NCBI GenBank assembly: GCA_964016885.1
Contig: OZ024740.1
Location: 213,714,001-213,778,000, forward strand
DNA length: 64,000 nt
Reading direction: 5' to 3'
Source of the DNA: Eledone cirrhosa
Taxonomy: Eukaryota
Shown: piece by piece, positions 56,873-64,000 of the stretch
Position numbering within the stretch: the stretch's first letter is position 1
Layout of the letters: the number at the start of each line of letters is the position of its first letter
Notes under the pieces: model-generated
What the model was told of the DNA's origin: nothing
The model's input: the letters and a program-made list of their open reading frames with translations, nothing else
The model's database searches: none
Program-made: the position numbers and the translations under genes

Positions 56873-57971
56873 TTATCTCAAATGCTAGCATGGAAAAACA
56901 TGTTAAACGGTGATGATGAAAGTAGCTTTGGATATTACTGGTGCAACAATGGAGATTTGTGTCGTATTAATTGGAAATTGATCAGACCACCACTTCAACT
57001 GCAATTGGATCCTGATGCAGCATGCATTATTATTATCTTCAACATCATCGTTTTAATGTCTGCTCTCCCTGCTAGCAAGGGTTAGACAGGTCTACATAGA
57101 TGAAGTCAGTACTGAAGCAGGTCCACTGATCTCTGACAAGCCAGAGATATGTCCTGCTTATGTATGGTCTCATGTTGCACCAAGTGCACAGAAGTTGTCA
57201 TCTCTTTGACACAACTGAGCATCCTCCCAACCCTTTGACAAACTTTTTTTTGGCTGGATGTCCTTCCTATCACCAACCACTTTATTTATAATCATCAAAC
57301 CTATTGATACACATTTTTCTTATAATGATTCAAAACTAGAAATATTGAAACTACAATAACTTTGCTAGAATTTGGAGATAAGTTTCTCAATATTTACCAA
57401 TAATAAAAGACTATAACACTAACATTTCAGTATCAAGTACAGTTAAAATCATCATCATATGTCCATTTTCCATGTTGGTATGGGTTGGATGGATTTTCAC
57501 AGACCAAGAACTGCTGACCTTACTGATAGGTTGGAAGCCTGCAACTCATAAGTTCTACTACTTTACAGAGGATACTGGGTGCATTTTATAGTGATGCCAG
57601 CACTAAAGAGATTGTATGCTTTTAAAATAACCAAAGAATCCTCACCGCCTTTGTTTAGCAAGTTTTCAAGTCAAATGTTTTTCTTAACATTAAAACCCTT
57701 TATAGAGTGTATTGGCTGCATTTTCTCATGGCAAACCTTTTAGATTTGATGAGAAAACGGGATATATTCCCTCTATTCCAATGTAGTATCAACTGTTACT
57801 ACATTGGAATACAATTTATTTAGCCTGTCATTCTAGTACACCTAAAAATGAAGGCTCAAAATGGATATCAAAAGATTTTGTTGTTTCCAGACAACCAAGC
57901 TCATGGATATTATCCAACCATCTTGTTCGGGGTCTGCCTCTGGGTCTCCTGTCATTTGGTTTTATCTCTGA

Positions 57972-58140
57972 GTTGTGGCTGTGTGGTTTAGAAGTTCACT
58001 TCTAAAGCATGTGGTCCTGGGTTCGTTCCCACTGAGCGACACATATAGGCAAGTGTTTGCTATAGCCCCAGGTTGACCACACAACCTTGTGAGTGAAATG
58101 TGGTAGATGTGTCACTCTGTAGAAGCCTGTTGTGTGTGTT
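57972..58140 (+). mobile_element. tRNA-derived SINE (third family, recalled as octopod-type)
   Basis: gtggctgtgtggtt.agaag...gggttcgttcccactg...ggcaagtgt..ctatagcc...ccttgtgagtg..tggtaga with (TG)n tail. Confidence 0.7.
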
Positions 58141-58261
58141 TGTCTATGTCTAAACTTTCATCTCTAAAGATGAAATTATAATTAACTAAAATGTTAAATG
58201 TTTTAAATATTCTGTAACAATTATTAGTGAGGTATTAACAGTTATTTAATATTTCTCATAG

Positions 58262-58454
58262 GTTGTTTTAGCTCTCTATGAAAAAGAAATTCCTTTCAAG
58301 AGACATTATGTAAACTTAATGTCCGGTCAACAAAATGAACCTTGGTTTTTGGAAATCAACCCTAAAGGGAAAATACCCGCCTTGAAAGATGGAGATAAAG
58401 TTATTGTTGAATCAGACAATATTATTGATTATTTAGAATCGACTGTTCAATCAG
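58262..58454 (+). CDS. GDAP1: GDAP1-like exon 2 (GST N-domain)
   Basis: ctcatag| VVLALYEKEIPFKRHYVNLMSGQQNEPWFLEINPKGKIPALKDGDKVIVESDNIIDYLESTVQS G|gtaaga. 193 nt. NEPWF is GDAP1-typical. Confidence 0.95.
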
Positions 58455-58519
58455 GTAAGAAACAAATTATTTTTCTAGGAATATTTGCATAGATTTTTTT
58501 TTTCTTTGTCCACTTATTA

Positions 58520-58830
58520 GGGTCATGGGAGCAGAGTTCTCAAACACTCCTTCCAGCAGGTCCTGTCAGAAGTAACCATCTCCAACTGATCGGGCTAGAT
58601 CCCCAAACAAGACCAGCCAAGCTCATGGATGTTATCTAACCATCTTGCTCAGGGTCTTCCTCTGGGTCTCCTGCTGGTTCGTTTTGCCCGTAAAATCTGT
58701 CCAGCGATACTTTCCTGAGACATTCTAACCACATGCCCATAGCATCGGAGCTGTGATCTCTCAGTGCAGAGAAGTAGCGGCTCTACCTGCTCTCCGAGCT
58801 ACACACTCTATCGAGTAATGTTGCTCCGTG
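58520..58830 (-). mobile_element. RTE-clade LINE 3' fragment
   Basis: Same family and orientation as 4261-4613. Confidence 0.85.
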
Positions 58831-58939
58831 TTTATTTTAGGTGCCAGAGTATGCAACTTTAGTAGTAAAATTGCTGGCTTTGTCAGTTAAGGTTATGAAT
58901 GGAAAACCTTGTGTTTAGAAACCTGAATCTGTGGGTGTA

Positions 58940-61220
58940 CAGTGCATAATATATGTGACTGTATCATGTTAAAGGAGATCTGTGGGTGTATAGTGTATAA
59001 TATATTTGACGATATCACAGTGTATAATATATTTGACTATATCCCAGTGTATAATATATGTGACTGTATCACAGTGTATAATATATTTGACTATATCCCA
59101 GTGTATAATATATGTGACTGTATCACAGTGTATAATATATTTGACTATATCCCAGTGTATAATATATGTGACTGTATCACAGTGTATATGTGACTGTATC
59201 ACTGTGTATAATATATGTGACTGTATCACAGTGTATAATATATGTGACTGTATCACAGTGTATAATATATGTGACTGTATCACAGTGTATAATATATATG
59301 ACTATATCACAGTGTATAATATATATGACTATATCACAGTGTATAATATATATGACTGTATCACAGTGTATAATATATATGACTGTATCACAGTGTATAA
59401 TATATATGACTGTATCACAGTGTATAATATATATGACTGTATCACAGTGTATAATATATATGACTGTATCACAGTGTATAATATATATGACTGTATCACA
59501 GTGTATAATATATATGACTATATCACAGTGTATAATATATGTGACTGTATCACAGTGTATAATATTTATGACTGTATCACAGTGTATAATATATATGACT
59601 GTATCACAGTGTATAATATATATGACTGTATCAGTGTATAATATATATGACTGTATCATAGTGTATAATATATATGACTGTATCACAGTGTATAATATAT
59701 GACTGTATCACAGTGTATAATATATATGACTGTATCACAGTGTATAATATATATGACTGTATCACAGTGTATAATATATATGACTGTATCACAGTGTATA
59801 ATATGTGACTGTATCACAGTGTATAATATGTGACTGTATCACAGTGTATAATATGTGACTGTATCACAGTGTATAATATGTGACTGTATCACAGTGTATA
59901 ATATATGTGACTGTATCACAGTGTATAAAATGTGTCTGTATCAGTGTATATGTGACTGTATCACAGTGTATATGTGACTGTATCACAGTGTATAATATAT
60001 GACTGTATCACAGTGTATAATATATGACTGTATCACAGTGTATAATATATGTGACTGTATCACAGTGTATAATATATGTGACTGTATCACAGTGTATAAT
60101 ATGTGACTATATCACAGTGTATAATATATGTGACTATATCACAGTGTATAATATATGTGACTGTATCACAGTGTATAATATATGTGACTATATCACAGTG
60201 TATAATATATGTGACTATATCTCAGTGTATAATATATGTGACTATATCACAGTGTATAATATATGTGACTGTATCACAGTGTATAATATATATGACTGTA
60301 TCACAGTGTATAATATATATGACTGTATCACAGTGTATAATATATATGACTGTATCACAGTGTATAATATATATGACTGTATCACATTGTATATGTGACT
60401 GTATCACAGTGTATAATATATATGACTGTATCACAGTGTATAATATATATGACTGTATCACAGTGTATAATATATGACTGTATCACAGTGTATAATATAT
60501 ATGACTGTATCATAGTGTATAATATATATGACTGTATCACAGTGTATAATATATATGACTGTATCACAGTGTATAATATATATGACTGTATCACAGTGTA
60601 TAATATATATGACTGTATCACAGTGTATAATATATATGACTGTATCACAGTGTATAATATATATGACTGTATCACAGTGTATAATATATGTGACTGTATC
60701 ACAGTGTATAATATATGACTGTATCACAGTGTATAATATATGTGACTGTATCACAGTGTATAAAATGTGTCTGTATCAGTGTATTATGTGACTGTATCAC
60801 AGTGTATAATGTGACTGTATCACAGTGTATAATATATGACTGTATCACAGTGTATAATATATGACTGTATCACAGTGTATAATATATGACTGTATCACAG
60901 TGTATAATATATGTGATTATATCACAGTGTATAATATATGTGATTATATCACAGTGTATAATATATGTGATTATATCACAGTGTATAATATATGTGATTA
61001 TATCACAGTGTATAATATATGTGATTATATCACAGTGTATAATATATGTGACTGTATCACAGTGTATAATATGTGACTGTATCACAGTGTATAATATATG
61101 TGACTGTATCACAGTGTATAATATATGTGACTGTATCACAGTGTATAATATATGTGACTGTATCACAGTGTATAATATATGTGACTGTATCACAGTGTAT
61201 AATATATGTGACTGTATCAT
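58940..61220. repeat. ~27-bp minisatellite (gtgactgtatcacagtgtataatatat)n, ~2.3 kb
   Basis: Direct. Unit length varies with TA count. Confidence 0.98.
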
Positions 61221-61554
61221 ATTAAATCAGATGCTGACAAACCTTGTTTCCTGTTGAACACTTCAAAAAGTTCTCAATCATTTACCTGTCAACAGGTAAT
61301 AAATTTACTAATGTCAGAAACAGTGTCAGAACAAAATATGTTTATTTATGATAGCATACAGAAACTCAAGGAATGTCTTATATTAAAATGCTCAAAAGCT
61401 GTTTAATATTTGAGTTGAAGCAATTCTTTTAACTCAACTATTTATCTTTATTCATTGGTAAATAAAAGAAAAAAAAAATTATAGCCCCAAATTTTCTTCT
61501 TATAACATTGTTGATATGAATTTGTTTTAAAGTGTTCTTTCATTATTATTATAT

Positions 61555-61922
61555 GGCATATAGTTAGAACCCTTTACATTCTGAGTTCAATCCTTATGGG
61601 GTTGATAAAATAAAGTACCAGTAACACACTAGGGTCGATTTAATTGGCTTTCTCCTCCCCAAATTGTTGTCCTTGTGCCTAAATCAGAAACCATTATTAT
61701 TCAGTGGATTGGCAGTACCAGTAGAGCGTGGGTGAACATGCTTTATGGTATATAGTTACATCCCTGTATGTTCTGAGTTCAAATCCCGTCGAGGTTAGCT
61801 TTGCCTTTCATCTTTACAAGGTCGAACAAATAATGTACCAGTACGCACTGGGGTCGTTTTAATCGTCCCCTCCACTCTCCAAAAAAAAAAAATGTTGAAC
61901 TTGTACCTAAATGAGAAACCAT
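61555..61922 (+). mobile_element. Two SINE family A copies
   Basis: Core and tail motifs at 61555-61695 and 61703-61922. Confidence 0.85.
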
Positions 61923-61957
61923 TATTGATATTGTTATTTTTTTTATTATTTTACTAG

Positions 61958-62128
61958 TTGTTACTCTTGTTCCTGATGAGTCTTTTGAAATTGGTCAAGA
62001 AGTGTCACGAATAAGAAAGTTGTTAGATAGTGTCAAAGTTGAAATTATTACATATGGAATTATTATGCATGAACAACTTTCTATAACTGGTTGTAAATTA
62101 CCATATTATATACAGAAAACAGTCAGAG
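61958..62128 (+). CDS. GDAP1: GDAP1-like exon 3
   Basis: ttactag| VTLVPDESFEIGQEVSRIRKLLDSVKVEIITYGIIMHEQLSITGCKLPYYIQKTVR G|gtaagt. Phase 1-1. Confidence 0.93.
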
Positions 62129-62150
62129 GTAAGTCTTATTTTATCCTTCA

Positions 62151-62352
62151 TTAACCCTTTAGCAATTAAACTGACTATCTGGCCAGAATTCTCTCACCTC
62201 TTTCTGTTCAAACCGGCCACTCATACTGATGTTAAGGTATGGTTCTCAAAATGAATAATATCAAAATCTCACAGATTCGATATGTGAGGTAAAGCTTTTA
62301 CCCATGAAAATATAATAGTAGAGATAGAGTAATGTAAATACTAAAGGGTTAA
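62151..62352. mobile_element. piggyBac-type MITE
   Basis: TTAA-ccctttagca ... tactaaaggg-TTAA. Confidence 0.8.
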
Positions 62353-63241
62353 TATACTCATGTAGGTCAGGTCAGGTTTCTACCTACTACTGGTATCATG
62401 TAACCCAGTACAACTTGCTTCATGGTTTAGTGGTCTACGACTAAACCAGCTCCCCCAACCAGACCCTGGTCTGGTGAAGAGGGTAAGTGGAACCCCAGCA
62501 GCACAAAAAGCAAGAGCTGTTAAAAGGGCAGATGAACTTCAGTCAACGGCCATCTACCCCAACTATGGGTTAAAACAGCCTCACCTGCAATTGGCCAAGT
62601 GAGGTGAGTACGGCTACAGCCCTGACATCCTCCAAAAGGAGTGAGAAAGCTTTGGATTGGAATAGGTTCATAATGGGTGTTCAATTACCAGTTGTCAGAC
62701 AGATTGACTTCCATGAAAAACACATCTTTGTAGTTGCTACTTACATGTGGTAGATTTTGTATAAAACTTGGTGTTAATGTCCATTACTATACTGTTCTCG
62801 CGAAAACTACAATATTCTAGAAAATAATTGATTAGTTGAAGAAAGTGTATTTTCATAGTCATTGATGTAAGCTATCAATGAAGTTTCAACTAGCTTTTAC
62901 ATTTTCTGAAGTTTTAAGCAACAAATTTTAATGTTTGCTAGGGTTCTAACTCAACTTCAGATTTAAATGTTCTTAGAATTATTATTTTTCAACAATTCTC
63001 TAATATGTTATTTAATAAAAATAACATTACCAGACTTCTAACTCAACTTTAGATATGTTATTTAATAAAAATAAAAGTACCAGGTTTCTAACTCAACTTT
63101 AGATATGTTATTTAATAAAATTGACAACAAATGTTTCTTTTGCTAGCAATTTTTTCCCCTTTAGCTGTTATATTAGACATATAGGAAATATGTAATAAAA
63201 GAATAAAACTATTTTCTAGTGACTTCTTATTACTATTGTAG

Positions 63242-63442
63242 AAAACTATGGATCCCGACTTGGAACATTACTTAGTCTTGCTGAAAAAAATCCAAGTTTC
63301 CGTGATACTTATCTTTCTAAAAGTCAACAGATGGCTCAACGTTTTGAACAGATTATGGATGTTGAACAGGTGATGCAAGAACTTGAAGATCTAGAAGATG
63401 TTCTTGATGAAATGGAAACACTTATTATGTCATCATCAGAAG
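63242..63442 (+). CDS. GDAP1: GDAP1-like exon 4 (gene continues beyond the window)
   Basis: tattgtag| ENYGSRLGTLLSLAEKNPSFRDTYLSKSQQMAQRFEQIMDVEQVMQELEDLEDVLDEMETLIMSSSE G|gtaggt. LAExNP..Y..K and LExVLD match GDAP1. Confidence 0.92.
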
Positions 63443-63464
63443 GTAGGTTACCTTAAGTTTTTAC

Positions 63465-63700
63465 AACTGGGTACCCTTCCTAATGCCAACCACATTTACA
63501 GAGTGTGCTGGGTGCTTTTTTATTGTGGCACCAAAACGGCCAAAGTGTGGTCTGGGTGCTTTTTGTCATGTCACCAACACAACCACTTTACAGTGTTGAC
63601 TGGGTGCTTTTTGTCATGACACCTACACGACCACATTAGTGTGGGCTGGGCGCTTTTTGTTGTGACACCTACATGACCACTGGGCACCTTTTGTCAGGTC
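63465..63700. repeat. Degenerate copies of the 48-bp minisatellite unit in inverted orientation, attached to a dispersed repeat tail
   Basis: ctgggtgctttttgtcatgtcaccaacacaaccactttacagtgttgactggg is close to the reverse complement of the 56046 unit. Confidence 0.85.
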
Positions 63701-64000
63701 ACCAATATCTTTATATTTTCAATATCATGAGATTATATAAGTACATGGGCATAAAACTGATAGACCAAGTTATGAAAGAGACAAAATTTTAGTACAACTA
63801 ATTAAGGAAAGAGTCAAATTATATGAGATGAAGTTGGGTTTTGTGATGTCCTCTTATTAGTGAGATAATTACAAGAGAATTTCCTGGCTAATTTACTTTA
63901 CATTGTTGGGGAAAATTAATGTCACGCTTTTTTTAATCAGACAACTAAATGTAGTGAGTTAAGTTTTCTTAATTTGTTAAAATTGCACACACACAAAAAA

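Noticed and set aside
55986-56891. 301-aa minus-strand ORF with 16-aa repeats
   Set aside because: Translation of a 48-bp intronic satellite derived from a dispersed repeat, with almost no synonymous variation.
58940-61220. TGTGA-N5-TCACA resembling bacterial CRP sites; Cys-rich ORFs
   Set aside because: Wrong spacing, eukaryotic intron, and unit-length variation breaks frames.

Overview
This is AT-rich eukaryotic DNA dense in microsatellites and SINEs. The repeat families look like those of octopod cephalopods (inferred from recalled consensus sequences, not searched). There is one 200-N assembly gap. Nearly all supplied ORFs are read-throughs of simple repeats, and the real genes are spliced. 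(1) A complete 6-exon + strand gene (14370-30650; 1239 nt, 412 aa) encodes a secreted protein with a signal peptide and two VWA domains, the first MIDAS-intact and the second MIDAS-degenerate, joined by a 21-nt micro-exon. (2) The first four coding exons of GDAP1 (GST family) lie at 50131-63442, and the gene runs off the window. (3) A cryptic minus-strand Ly6/uPAR (three-finger)-like segment ends CCSLDLCN-I-stop (46917-47136); its frame is restored only by removing a 22-nt GT...AG element. Mobile DNA includes tRNA-derived SINEs, RTE and CRE-like LINE 3' fragments, three copies of a non-autonomous Helitron, and hAT-, mariner- and piggyBac-type MITEs. Two patterns stand out: several Penelope-type minimal hammerhead ribozyme remnants associated with short fold-back palindromes, and minisatellites that arose from pieces of retroelements. 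All calls were made by eye and no database search was run.
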